The notes beneath the pieces are model-generated. The model did not search any database. It was not told where the DNA came from and worked only from the letters and a program-made list of their open reading frames with translations. Position numbers and translations under genes: made by a program. Shown in pieces: positions 24,254 through 36,996 of a stretch of 41,538 nucleotides of DNA (position 1 is its first letter; every line of letters begins with the position of its first letter). The DNA is from Bugula neritina (Eukaryota; Animalia; Bryozoa), in assembly GCA_964035545.1 (NCBI GenBank), contig CAXIUT010000072.1, positions 1 through 41,538 of the forward strand. Direction: 5' to 3'.

Positions 24254-25856
24254 TCACCACATTTTGACCTTCATGTGCTTAGGGGCATAGAATATGATCT
24301 TCTTCTCATTCAAGTAAGTCTCATACTACACCAACTCACGATCTCTGATCTCCATCTGTCCTCTTTTCCAATCAAGTTCCTCCATGTCTTGCTCAAACTA
24401 TCCAAATCTCCCTCGGCGAGATATCTTCTTCTCATAGTTATCAAAGGGCGGTTGTGTGTTCAACAAGATTAGTGTATTTTTTCTTTTTGATTCAACCTTC
24501 GCCTATTATTTCTGATGCTATTTTGTGAGATAAGCATTGTTTGAATTATCCTTTGCGATAATCAGTTATCTGCCTTTATTTTTCATTGTTTTATCTTTCT
24601 ACCTATCTTTTTCCTCCTAATTACTTTGTTTTCTGCACTTGATTCAATATTTGTTATTTTTTTATCTTATCAATTTTCTTGAAATCTGATTTTTTCTACC
24701 TTTATTCCAATATATATTATTCAGATAAATCTTCTTCTGATATTTCTTCATAGTTATGAATTTGTTCATATTTCTATTCACTTTTCATACATCTCTTTTT
24801 AATACTCTTCCAAACAGATGTTAAACAATCCATACATTTTGAACAAAGTTGTTTTGCAAAGGAATCAGAAGTATATTTTAGTTTCTTTTTACATCTTAGT
24901 TACTCCAAATGTTGTTTTTTAGTTTTAGTTACAGGAATCACATTAGAAGCATTCGATAAATAAGGTTTTTTTTCTTTATTTTTAATCTAATTTTTAATAT
25001 TTTTGTCCTTAGTTCCTCTTTGTCTTTGTTTTTGAAAAGTTTAAAACCAATTTTTCAAATTTTTGTTCTCTTAATTTAGATTTGTTTATTTCATTCTTTA
25101 GCTAAGAATCTTGTATCTTGATTTACTTGATTTATTTTAGTTCTTTTTTATAGAACTCTTGAGTTCATTATTTTTTATTTCAACTTTTTCCTCTAATTTC
25201 TTGATTGAATTCTTATTACTAATTTATTTTTACTCTAAACCAACTTTAGACTCTTTTCTTTCATAATATCCAGTATTTTTTTCTGAATTTCCTTTGAATT
25301 TAGGAGTATCTGGCTCCTCTCTCCAAGAATTTTAGTTAGAAGATCTCTAAACTTCAAATTAGGTCTTGTTAACAACTTTCTCATTCCTTAGATGATCTTT
25401 CTTATGAATATTTTGTCTGTAAAGCTATATTAAATTTTCTCTTGCGCCTCTTTTGATAGCTCTGTCAGGTAATATAATATCTTTTCTTGTATCTCTTTTG
25501 ATGGCCTCTTCTTTTTCCATTTATTTTCTCTTCTTGACTGATATTTTAGTTTCTTTTGCAGCCTATGATGTATCGATATTTGAGGTCTTCCCTTTTTAGC
25601 TCTATCCTTAACTCCTCAATTATTTTTCAAGTGTTTAATACATTTTACAAAATTCTTTTCGTTTTTCTTAACTTATTTACATGTTATTGTTAATGTTTTT
25701 ACCTACATAGTACATAGATATACGAGCGTTCTAACTCTTTTTAATTAACTCTTCATAGTCTTCCACCTTTTCTACCTGTCTCTGAGTCTGACCTCCTTAA
25801 CAAAAAGTATTGCCTTTCTTTGCTGAACCACTCTGCATGGGATACTCCTTTCCCAT
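24254..25856 (-). CDS. Hypothetical charged low-complexity protein
   Basis: Long frames under TAR=Glu with an ordered C-terminus ending YAPKHMKVKMW; internal frame breaks unresolved. Confidence 0.45.
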
Positions 25857-26007
25857 TGAATATTATCAAATATAAAGACTCTATTAAATAGCATCGATTC
25901 CTATTTCTAAAAACACATTATCAATACTCAATAACATAATAGATAATTCTAATGTTCTCTTATTTGATCAAAATATTAATAATATTCAAAATAATCGTTG
26001 CTATTCT

Positions 26008-27976
26008 ATGACAGATCACTCTCCCCATAAAATAATTCCAACATGTTCCCTCTGTAACCAAGAATTTGATCTTTACTATCGCACAGCCAGAGTAGTACCT
26101 AAATGTGGTCATACTTTCTGTTAAAAATGCATAACACTTCGTTTGACAGTCAAGGTCAATAGAAAGGTATTTATATGTCCATAATGTCAAACAGAGGCAG
26201 TAATTCGTAAAACAGTTAACTAGGATGTTCCTAAAAACACGAGTATAATGTAAATAATAAAAAGATTAAAGAAGTATGTAGGCAACGACTGGTAATAATA
26301 AAAAAGATCATTAGAATAAAATTGTTTAGTTCACGATCGTCCTCTCTAAGTGATCTGTTAAACATGTAGCTATACTAAAATATGTTCGCACTGTGCGCTT
26401 TATGGAGAGCATCGTAATCATACTTTTGCTAAATAAAAACCTGCTACTTCAGTTGACCTATCGAAGTTAAAAAATCATTTTGAAATAGTTAGTAGTTCAG
26501 TAAATGATTTTTTATTGCCTTAAGGAAAAAACAATGTAAAAAGCAACATGAAGAGCAATGTGATATCTGGACTGCAAAAACAAATTAAAAACTATTTTAG
26601 TCATTACTACAGCCAAATATAAAGAAGATAGCTCTAGCTGTTACAAGATTGCTAGAATATAGTAATAAATTAAGGCGGTATTGATAAAAATATTGACTCT
26701 ATGATCTTATCTTTTGACAAGTTGAAACAAAAATACTAGCATAACTTTTCTAATTAAAATATTTTGGATTCTGGTAATAAACATATATCTATTTAACAGG
26801 TTGATTTGTTCATAGGTAAATGTTAAGAGTTGCATTAGCAGTTGGAAGCAGTAGTCAAACATTCAGAAGAGTATTTAGGTAAAATATTGAAAGATGTTAA
26901 TGTGTATATCTCACAATCAGTAATCTTTAAGATCCAATAAATGCCATTTTCTTTAAAAAAAGTAATATAAACAGTTTTAACTCCTTAACTAAAATCTCCA
27001 ACCAAAAGAAATAAAATGAAATCATTCAATTCATAAAGCAAAAGTAGAAGTGTAGTTGCAGATGATGACAAATATCAATAAACTAATAAAAATACAGCTA
27101 GAAATACTCTACAAATTGATCGTTCCAACATTCACAACCCAAGAACTCAAATCGTAATACTATTCAGTATAGTACAGATAAAACAAAAAATAATAAAGTT
27201 ACAACTCTTCCTCTCAAAAACAGAGACAGCTATAGTCAAATAGATAAAACATAAGAAATACAACTAATCTAATGCGACCAATCAAATTTCAAATAATAAT
27301 ACAGCTAATTCAATAAAACAGTATCTTTTAATAAAAATGTATAGAGAGGTAGTTTGCCTCCCAAAGCAGACAAATCAAAAACCAACACAGTAGTTTTAAA
27401 GCAGGCAGATAAGCAAGGTAAATAATAAATAAAAAACAAGAAATCAGTAGGCAAAGATGTAACAGTTCTTCGAGGAAACCTCAATAAAACAAAATCTGTC
27501 AACATACCAGCCTAGTCAAATCTCATAGAATAACTCAAATTTGTCAGACCTAATAAATAAATATCATTCAATTTCTTATCTAAATTCCAAGAGATACTAT
27601 CAGAAGTAGACAGACAGTCATAATTCAATACCCTTTAACTCAATAACAAAGATATCAATGATACTCTTTTGCTATACATACTTGATTATCTTAGAAATAA
27701 GAGGTATAGATTCCAGGTTATCAACTTGTCAAAAATATAGTATCGGATTAAGGAATGCGTATGTTATTGGGATATCTTATCAATGACTAAAATACACAAG
27801 TACTGAATTTGACTTCTAATCAGCTTAGTCAGAAAAGTTTGGATATTATTTTGGCTTTTGCTAGAAAGAATAGCATTTTGAGACAAATTTATCTAAGTAA
27901 TAATAAAATAACAGGGTTTCAACTTAAAATGAGAAAAGAAGAATTGGATAAACATGATTTTTAGATAATAGTATGA
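26008..27976 (+). CDS. RING-HC + B-box + coiled-coil (TRIM-like) protein with C-terminal LRRs
   Basis: CSLC...CGHTFCEKC...CPEC; CLVHDRPLEVICETC...CSHCALYGEHRNH; NLSKNIVSDEG and LNLTSNQL; frame breaks near 27150 and 27733. Confidence 0.8.
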
Positions 27977-28055
27977 TTTTTATTTCTTTAACGACTTGAA
28001 TTTTAATATTATTTTTCTATATAAGAAAACTGATTTCTAAAATAGAGTTTGAAAA

Positions 28056-28811
28056 ATGAATAAAGTAACCCCTTTGAATCATTAGCACTCAGCAATCAAT
28101 TTTAAAACTTCAAGAAATTAGCAAAATATTCTTATAATTCCACCAACTACTCATCACTAAACTAAAGTCTGCAAAATATGTCTAGAATAATAATAACCAA
28201 TAAGTAGTTTTTTCGATCTCTAGAATGCAGATATGCAAATGATAGTACCATGCGAATGCAGTGGTTCTATGGGATTTGTTCATGAAAAATGTATAAGACA
28301 ATGGATATTAAAACAATTAGAAAAACAGTAATCTAAAAAAATAATATGCTAAATATGCAAAGCCTAGATTTTCTACAAACTTACTAAATAAAAGTATTTT
28401 GATTGTAGTCTTTCCAACCTAAAACAAATATCATGCTGTAATATCATCAGTGCAATCATCGAACTCATACTCCTATCGATGCTCATCATTGTATTTGAAA
28501 ATTCTGATTATTCAGTTTCTTCACCCATGCTTGAATATGTCATTATCGTGTTGATAGCTGTGCTCAGTTTCACATTTGGGCTCACTATTTTGGCAATGAT
28601 CGGATAGGCTTTTATCAAAAGTAGAAAACATATTGGAAGAATATATTCGCTTGAATAAAGTTTAAGAAGAGGATACAGAGAAAGAGAAGCGAGGTCTATG
28701 AGAAGTATCAGATCGAATAAAAATATAAAAAGCCGACCCAGACAAAGTCGCCAGTCTAACAGATCAGCCATACCTTAATTTCAATAAATCCAACCTAATC
28801 ATAGATAGTGA
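28056..28811 (+). CDS. MARCH-type RING-CH E3 ligase with two TM helices
   Basis: CKICLE...PCECSGSMGFVHEKCIRQWI...CEICK followed by two hydrophobic segments. Confidence 0.9.
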
Positions 28812-28829
28812 TATTATCAGTTACTTTTT

Positions 28830-29837
28830 TCAATTGCTATTCTATATATCAAAAGACATCTTATTGAAACTCTTATGATTCTATCTTTATTGCCTGGGTC
28901 TGAATAATTCTTAGAAGATACTAATAGTCACCCATTCCATTGTATTGAACTCCTTCATCTATTGTAGAATAACTATTTCTTTATTAAATGCCTATCATAA
29001 TGCTAGTTTCGCTTAAACTTTTTTATTAATTGTTGAATTAGTTGTTAAACATGAGATGTCCTCTTGATTGTTATCTTATTCTTTTTTTGGTTATACCTAA
29101 AATCCTTATCTTTTCTACTTGCTTTATCTTTAAGATCGTCTATCTAACTAGTAAGTTCATGAATTTTGTCTTTGTATTATTATAGTTCTAATTATAATTT
29201 TTTTATTTTGTTTTATTTTTAAGTATTCAAAGATGTAAGTCTTTATATTTATCCTTCAAACAATTATTATCTAGTTTATGTACTAGCATCATATTTTTTT
29301 ATATTCTATTTTACCATACAACTATATCTCTAACTATCCAGTCTTAATCTTACTTCTTTATTTTTAAATTATAAATTTTAGACTTTTATATCTAGTTCTT
29401 TTCTTACAAGTGATAACTTAGAATGATTGTTAAATAAACTTTTTTTAATATATTTATTAGTTGTTTGATTTTAATTTGCCTTTTCTTGATGAGGAATTTC
29501 CTTTTTAACTGTAGTAATAATACTACTTTTATTACTATGACTTGCACTACTTTTTATAACCTGCTACATTTTCAATCATATTTGAACTTTTATTATTCCC
29601 AAAATCAATTGTTCTATTTTTTCCTACATTTTTCTTTACTTTTGCATTTGATTTTTTACCCTCATCACATCTTTCAATGTGATAGCAGTTACCACACCCA
29701 TCTGTTTCAAGTTTAACATCCTTTTTGACTGGATTGACTCTTTAAGTCATCATTTTAAGAATCTGACCATGTATTTTTGCTTAAGGTATTACTCCCAATA
29801 AACACTTCCTCTGAGTCTCAGGTATTTTTATATTCAT
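28830..29837 (-). CDS. Hypothetical protein (3' end approximate)
   Basis: Coding-like from ATG 29837; frame breaks and stop unresolved. Confidence 0.3.
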
Positions 29838-29848
29838 AAGAATATATT

Positions 29849-30209
29849 ATGACAGAACAAGTCAAAAACAAAACAGTTTAAATTATTAATCACCGCAGAA
29901 AGTATTCATTCAACTATACAGGTATCACAATATTAAGCAAGGTAGCAATTGCGATAAAAATTCAAAGAGATGAGATCAGAAACAGTTGATAAAATAAATT
30001 AAAATTAGTATTGGCAAGAATGCATGGAGGCTGCCATGATAGAATAAGAACAATAACAAGCAATGCTAGATTAACAGTTTAAACTATACTTGCAAGATAG
30101 ACAAAGTTTTTAACAATTTGAAATCAATTAAAATCAAGAAGAAAAGCGGGAAAAAGAATAAGAAAAGTAAATATATATTGTTAGTCATATAAGAGAATCG
30201 AAATCATGA
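29849..30209 (+). CDS. Small acidic protein, weakly RPA-interacting-protein (RPAIN)-like N-terminus
   Basis: NHRRK...EQLREKFKEMRSE; intron at 29902-29921, possibly also 29922-29941. Confidence 0.45.
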
Positions 30210-30335
30210 ATAATATATTCAAAATATCGTTTATTATTAATTTTTATTAAGAACTCAAAGCAATGCATTGAGAATCATCTTCAAGAAAACTTTCTACGTT
30301 TTGACCTTTTTCCATCTATTTTAATCTTCTTTACA

Positions 30336-30716
30336 ATGATGAATATATTCCATTCAATATAAATCATTCAATATTTAAGAGACAATTATAATATTAGATA
30401 TGTCATTTATCGAAGCCCAGACTATCCTCCTTATGAAGGCTGCCTTGGAAAATGGGTCAAAGCTGCAAACTTCTCAGGAAGAAAGAGTTTTGGATTCTAC
30501 TGCTGCAGCTATTGCCAATCTTAATGGCTTTCTGCTAAGGCTATCAAAGGCATGAAACAAGGTTGCAAAACTTGTGACCACTACTTCTACCCTCTCTACT
30601 TGTGGTAAAACGACTTTAAATCGTTTACTAAGAAGAAAGAATCTCCTTATGATGCTGACAAACATCATTTGCAACATCTATGTTAGGCATGCAAGAAAGG
30701 CATTTGCCAACTTTGA
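30336..30716 (+). CDS. zf-3CxxC zinc-finger protein (ZAR1/RTP-type domain)
   Basis: SFGFYCCSYCQSEWLSA...QGCKTC...P...HLQHLCEACKKGIC; start codon uncertain. Confidence 0.8.
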
Positions 30717-30718
30717 TC

Positions 30719-31418
30719 TCAGTCATTCTCATCATTTTGATATGAGTTTTTATTGATCAATAGCTGATGAATCAGTTAATATTGAGGCCAATAAACTTTT
30801 TTCTCTTATTTTTGAGGTTTATAGAAATTGGAGTCAATCATAGAATTCTTGATAAAAAAATCTTTGATTATTTAAAGACATTTTTTCAAATAAATCTAAA
30901 TTATATTGATCTTTTTTTTGCTATTTTCAGTTCTTTTGACCTTTTTTTCATTGATATTATTTAATTTTTCTCAAATATTATTGCAATATATAGTTTAATA
31001 TACCGAGGAAGAGGAAAGATCGAGCTCCCGATATTCTTCGGAAACCAAGTGTTTAATAGTATAAGAAAAATTCTTCAAATTCTCCTGGTTTAAAAGGTTA
31101 ATTTTATAAAAACTTTCTGAAAAAATATACATGTTATCTTTGTGATAAAAAATGACATTTAAGGAGAGAAAATGTACCAAATAAGGATTCAAGTATTTCC
31201 ATAAATTATGAAATCCAATTATCTGATGGTTCGACTTGAAGATAGATAATTAAAGATTAGATGATCATTTAAAGTTGATGTAGAAGAGTATCCTCATAAC
31301 AAACATTATTATTGAAATCTCTATGAAACTTATCAGCAGGGACTCTACTTTGATTGATTTCAGAAACTCTAATTATCAGTGTAACTTTATGTCTGTGATG
31401 ATATTGTTCTGAAGTCAT
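30719..31418 (-). CDS. Hypothetical protein
   Basis: Long protein-like frame from ATG 31418; one frame break near 30950; boundaries uncertain. Confidence 0.35.
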
Positions 31419-31587
31419 TAAATTTTCATTGTTTTTTTCGTAATTCGGAAGGTAAATGAGAAAACATCAGTATTTTGAATTCAAAAAAATTATTTAAACA
31501 TCTTAATAAAATTTAGTAGACTCTGTAAGTTTTAATTTTGATTTTTTATTTATCAACTTTAACATTTAAAGATATAATTGAACTCAA

Positions 31588-32214
31588 ATGAGTGTGCTTG
31601 ATTAAATTCGTTAAAGACTGAAAGACTTGGACCCCAAATAAGAAGAAGAGATTGATCTTAGTGGTATCAACATTGGAAGTTTTACCAACTAGGTCAAATA
31701 ATTTCTTCAAAAATACAAAAACGTCAACATGCTTATCCTCCAAGAGTGTCACCTAGATAGTAATCTAAAATTTGCCTAACTGGGAACTCCATTTCATTGA
31801 TTTATCGGAAAACAAGTACTAAATTTATTATTAAGCCTCAATGATTCAAGTTTGGCCCATTTGGCTAAGTTCTCAGATTTATCTCATCTATCTATGAGTG
31901 GCAACCAAATTTAGCAACTAGAAGCTTTTAAACCTTTATTTAAGTTGACTAACCTTAATATTGTTGATTTTTCTGACAATCCAGTGACTGAAAAAGAGAA
32001 TTATCGCAATTGGCTTTTCGAAAAGATTTAAAGTTTGGAAGTAGTGGATGGAGTTGATCAGGAAGGAAATCAGGTTGAAGAAGAAGATTTTGAAGATGGA
32101 GAGGATTCAGAAAATGGTTAAGGATGGGGTTCAGATGAAGAAGAAGATGAAGATGAAGATGATTATGAGTAAGAATCCTCAAGCTAAAAGCCAAAAGTGA
32201 AGAAGAAAAAATGA
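31588..32214 (+). CDS. ANP32-like acidic leucine-rich repeat protein
   Basis: LRRs, LRRcap (NPVTEKENYRNWLF...LEVVDG), acidic tail and basic NLS; 20-nt intron at 31816-31835; +1 indel near 31762. Confidence 0.85.
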
Positions 32215-32421
32215 TCTTCATATTTACTGTGGGATTATCTATTTACCCACAATCTTCTATTAATTGGTTACTATCAAATTTTATCTATTTATAATATCAC
32301 TATTTAAATAAGTTAAAACTAATAAAAATGTAAGATAAGATAAAATTTACTAACTTAAATATTGCGATTATAAAGTGGAAGGAAAGAATTTCAGGAAAAC
32401 ATGAATTGCTACTAAATTAAA

Positions 32422-32736
32422 TCATTTTGTTTCTAAAAGAATCAAAAAGTAACTTAAATAAGTTCTAAGAGTAATTCGATATTATTGAACTATTTTTAAC
32501 AATTTATGAAATATTTTCTCGTTTTAACTATTTTTAACATCTCTAAAGTATTTTGAAAAATGTTGTCTATCTGTTTGTGTTTCTTCAATAAACTCACTTG
32601 TGTGAACAAAGAAAATATCATTCAGTCCTGAGATCTATTCCTGCTTGTCTTCATCTTTGATTCTCTCCAAGATTCTTTCAAAGGTAATCATAGCTAGAAA
32701 AATCTTTCTTCCTTTGGCACTGTTTGAATTCTTCAT
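32422..32736 (-). CDS. Hypothetical 104-aa protein
   Basis: Clean ATG-to-TGA frame under TAR=Glu. Confidence 0.45.
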
Positions 32737-32834
32737 TATGTACTTAATTTTAATACACATATAAAATATGGCTTCTAAAGAAAGCAAATAATTTATAAAT
32801 ATATTTATAAACTTTAAAGATGAGTTATAATAAA

Positions 32835-34031
32835 TCACATAATCATCGAAACTCCTCTTGATGCAAAATAATTTAATTTTTATGCTTATCTTGGTGATGG
32901 TATATTTAAAGATTTTTAAATTGTAGCTAATTGTTTTTTTCTAAGATAATCTAATTAATAGCGATCCATTGATCTTTTTTATTCTTTTCCCATTCTTAAT
33001 AAATTCTAATTTACTCTCAACTAGTTGCTACTCATCTATTTTTCTTAGAATTTAACTCTCTCTGCCTTTAAAGATTGTTATTTTAATATTCTTGCTAGTT
33101 CTCTTTTTTTACTTTCTTATTTATGTTGATTTTATAATGAAGCTCTTCTTATTAATTCTTGTGAATGTTCTATGTTAGCTTTTTCATACTATCTTTCACT
33201 AATCTTTCTTATTTTAGCTTGCATTTATCTTTCTTACATTTGCTTTTTTAAAAGATATTGATATTAATTTTGCATATATTTTTTATTTTACCTATTATTT
33301 CTTTCTGACTCAAGATATTGTTCTTATTTCGAAAGATGATCTTGTGAGTTTTTCCATTATTATCTTTTTTTATCTACTATATTTTTATTATAGTTTTCTT
33401 AAAAAGCTTTGTGGGAACCATAATCAATAACTCTGGCTTTTTCTCTTATTCCATGATAAAATTTTAAACGTTAAATTTAATCTTTAAGTTTAAGACTTTA
33501 TCCTTAATCAAGAAGTGATTTTTACTTCATTTTTTATTACATTTTTTGTCTATGCTTTAATTATTTTTATCTTTGCATTGATTCGAAGAGGTTTTGTCCA
33601 TATTATCTCTTAAATCTATCTTATTATCTTCTCTTGTATTATTCTGCTATGGCTGCAGCTTAATAACCTTATTTCTAGATCATTTTTTCCATATTTTTCA
33701 TACTTAACAGTTTATTTCTTTTTTGTTTCTCTAGCTCTTCTATATATTGTTCATTTGTTTGATTATTTTCCATTAAAAACTTTTTCTTCATATTTTCAAA
33801 TTAAATATCTTGTCTATATTTCTAAATGTTGTAATTTACATTGTTTTTGTCTTGATTTTTGAGTTGTTCTTTCTACTTTTGTTTTAAAGCCTAGTTGTAT
33901 CTGATTTGATTACTCAATTAGTTCATGTATGCTTTTTTTATCGCTTCTTTATGTTATTGTTCTTCTTTCATTCTCTGTAAACTCTACTCGTGCTGTACAT
34001 TAGCGATACGCTTCCAAGTGTTATCTTGCAT
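32835..34031 (-). CDS. E/K/Q-rich coiled-coil protein (trichohyalin/TPH-like), 3' end approximate
   Basis: MQDNTWKRIA...AYMNELSNQIR, heptad-rich; frame breaks in the 3' half. Confidence 0.5.
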
Positions 34032-34062
34032 TCAATAATAAAATTATCATTTATATATTCAT

Positions 34063-35039
34063 TCACAATAGATCAATATCATCTTGTCTTTCTTCAATTT
34101 TTTACTAATGAAGTTTAATTAAACTTTTTTATCCTTTCTATTCTTATTTATTGGTATTTTTTGGGAGAAGTTCATCACCCTTAATAATATTTTCTTCTTC
34201 TTCTTTGGGCTCTTTTTTCTAGTCAAAATCTTCGTTTCCTTTTTATATTGAAACTCTTTTTTACTATTTTTATTTATCTTTTTTTATAACTACTTTATGA
34301 CTCAATTCTCTCATAGTTTATCTATTTAGTTTGAACTCATTTGTTTCTTTAAACTTTTAAGTAATAGAAAGACACATTAAATGATTGATAATTTGAACTG
34401 AGATAGCCCATTGGGGATAATAAATATCTGCAAAGTGATTATATTTTTTTGCCAAATTATCTACTTCTTTTAAAATTTCTTTGTAGTTAAATTTACTATT
34501 ATTTCTACATTTAAAATTAAGCATCCAACTTCTAATCTACTTATCTTGACTATGACTAAGAAGTAATTAATCTATCTAATCTAACATTCTAAAATGTTCA
34601 GCTCTAAAAGCTTTTTAAACAGGTAAAATTCTATGACAATATCTGCTGATTGATCTTCCTTAGTCATGGACATCTTTCATAATTGTATCTACAACAACTA
34701 AAGGATCAATTTGCTTATAACAAGGATTTATTTTGATGAAACATAAACACTTAATAAAACATATTGGTACATTTACATTAGTTTCTATCTGGTATAGAAT
34801 TTTGGTTGATTTCTTTTTTTGCTATTTCAATTAATTTTATAAATTAACTTCTTTTCCTTCTTATTTTATTTCTTTTCTAATTACTTCTTATCTGACATCA
34901 CTATAAACTATCTAGATGTACTATTTATATCAATGTTTACTTATTAAAGAAAATTATAGGCTTAACGAACAGCTTCTCTTTCCCTATTTCTATCACAAGT
35001 TAGTAAAAAACCTTTGCAAGGTTCTTAATCTGCTTTCAT
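34063..35039 (-). CDS. THUMPD1: THUMP domain protein (Tan1/THUMPD1, tRNA ac4C adaptor)
   Basis: GFLLTCDRNREREAVREAYNFL, SRYCHRILPV and FKCRNNS motifs; introns at 34921-34940 (20 nt) and probably 34750-34770 (21 nt). Confidence 0.85.
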
Positions 35040-35119
35040 TTATAATATTTTAATAAATAATAATAATCATAAATAGTTGTATTCCGATCTTTTTAATAAA
35101 TTAAAATATTGATTAAAAT

Positions 35120-36817
35120 TATTTTATCAAAGAGAAATCAATTATGAGAATAGCAATTACATGAGCAACTACCTCTACTGCCAGTAAGTTCTAAGTTATA
35201 AAGTTTAATTTGAAGTAAATTTATCGATTCTTCTCTTGCTGATATTTTTGTTTAATAAAGTCTTTTTAATTCATCAAACTGAACTTCCCAAATACTTAGT
35301 TTTTAAAGCATAATTTAACGTTCCTCTACCAATTTTGATATATTTTTTCTCCAAGCAAATTAAATACTATCTGCTTAATATTGAAAGTGTTTGATCCACT
35401 TTCTTAATCCATTGATCCTTTTCTTTGAATTTATTCTCTTAAAATAAACATTTATTTCTACATCTTCATATACTATCTTTGAAAATGATATATTTTATCC
35501 TCATATTATCTTAACATTTGAGTGTTATCACTTAGTTACTTCTTATATTTCTTTATCTAAAGAGCCTTTTCCGAACCTAGTCTTTGCTTTCTTGATGATT
35601 TATTAATCTTTTTAATGAATTCAGTTATTTTTGATATTCTGCTTCTAAAGCTTAAGAAGTTTCATTACCACTTCTATGATTAATCTTTTTGCTTTTATTT
35701 TACTATAGATCTATGATAATTTTTTATTTTTCTTCAATAACTTTGCTTAGCTATCTTATTTCTTTTATAAGTTTTTCGTTTTAGCTATCTTTCTAATTTA
35801 CTCTATTCTTATTTTTTTCTAAGGTTTTAATTTACTTTTACTTCTCTTTTAGAAGTTCTTTTAAACTCCTAACTTACTTTTAAAGTTTTTCAATACTTCC
35901 ATTGCTATTTTATACTTTATTCTTCTCTATTAGATTTTATTTCTTTAAGTTTTCGAGCTACAAAGTCAAAGTAGAAATTTTATATTGATGTTATTTTTCT
36001 TTTAGTAAGTATATTCTTACTTGTTCTTTATGTTAAAGTTCTCTTTTGCTGTAATTTTCTATTTCTGCGATTGAGTTTTGAAGCTAGAACTTGTTTTACT
36101 ATAGATCTATGATAATCTTTTATTTTTCTTCGATAACTTTGCTTAGCTATCTTATTTCTTTTATAAGTTTTTCGTTTTAGCTATCTTTCTAATTTACTCT
36201 ATTCTTATTTTTTTCTAAGGTTTTAATTTACTTTTATTTCTCTTTTAGAAGTTCTTTTAAACTCCTAACTTATTTTTAAAGTTTTTCAATACTTCCATTG
36301 CTATTTTATATTTTATTCTTCTCTATTAGATTTTATTTCTTTAAGTTTTCAAGCTACAAAGTCAAATTAGAAATTTTATATTGATGTTACTCTTCTTTTA
36401 GGAAGTATATTCTAACTTGTTCTTTATGTTAAAGTTCTCTTTTGCTGTGATTTTCTATTTCAACAATTGAGTTTTGAAGCTAGAACCTAATTTGTATCAG
36501 TTCATGACTCACTTATCTATATTTTCTTTTCAATTCTTCATTTTATCTAATTAGTTTACGCTCATTAGCCTATGCTATCAAATATAATTGATTCAAACTA
36601 CTAAACTCTCGATGATTTTCCTCTAAATGGTTTTCAAGATGTCGACATTTATTTTTAAATATTCTCACTTCTTCATTAAGTGACTGATTTGGGTTGTAGA
36701 AGAACCTTATTCTTCCCAGTATGGGATATATATCTCATTTTAACCTTAGTTATTCGCATGAACTCTTATATTTTAGTCCATGCTATTTGAATCACTTCGT
36801 TATAACTGATCTGACAT
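35120..36817 (-). CDS. Long coiled-coil protein containing a 132-aa internal duplication (3' end approximate)
   Basis: Heptad-rich frame spanning both repeat copies; frame breaks near both ends. Confidence 0.55.
35698..36486. repeat. Near-identical tandem duplication, period 396 bp
   Basis: TACTATAGATCTATGATAAT at 35701 and 36097; both copies end in GAAGCTAGAAC (36090 and 36486). Confidence 0.95.
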
Positions 36818-36996
36818 TAATTATATTTATTTTTATTAAGATTGAATTTAACTTAGTTTCTTTCATATTTTGATATATCATAATAGGAATTTATAATTTA
36901 AAAATAGATTTTCAATGAAATAATCATAACTATCTATCATTTTTTAATCAAAAAATCATAAATAAAATCATAATTAATAATAGATAAATGAAATGA

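Noticed and set aside
25837-26007. Upstream in-frame ATG making the RING/B-box gene overlap its divergent neighbour
   Set aside because: With a single stop codon, open upstream frames are common by chance, and the extension is AT-rich and not domain-like
28204-28223. GTA..TAG 20-mer in the MARCH gene as an intron
   Set aside because: The unspliced frame already joins the RING-CH cysteines and splicing would break it; this shows length plus GT/AG is not sufficient
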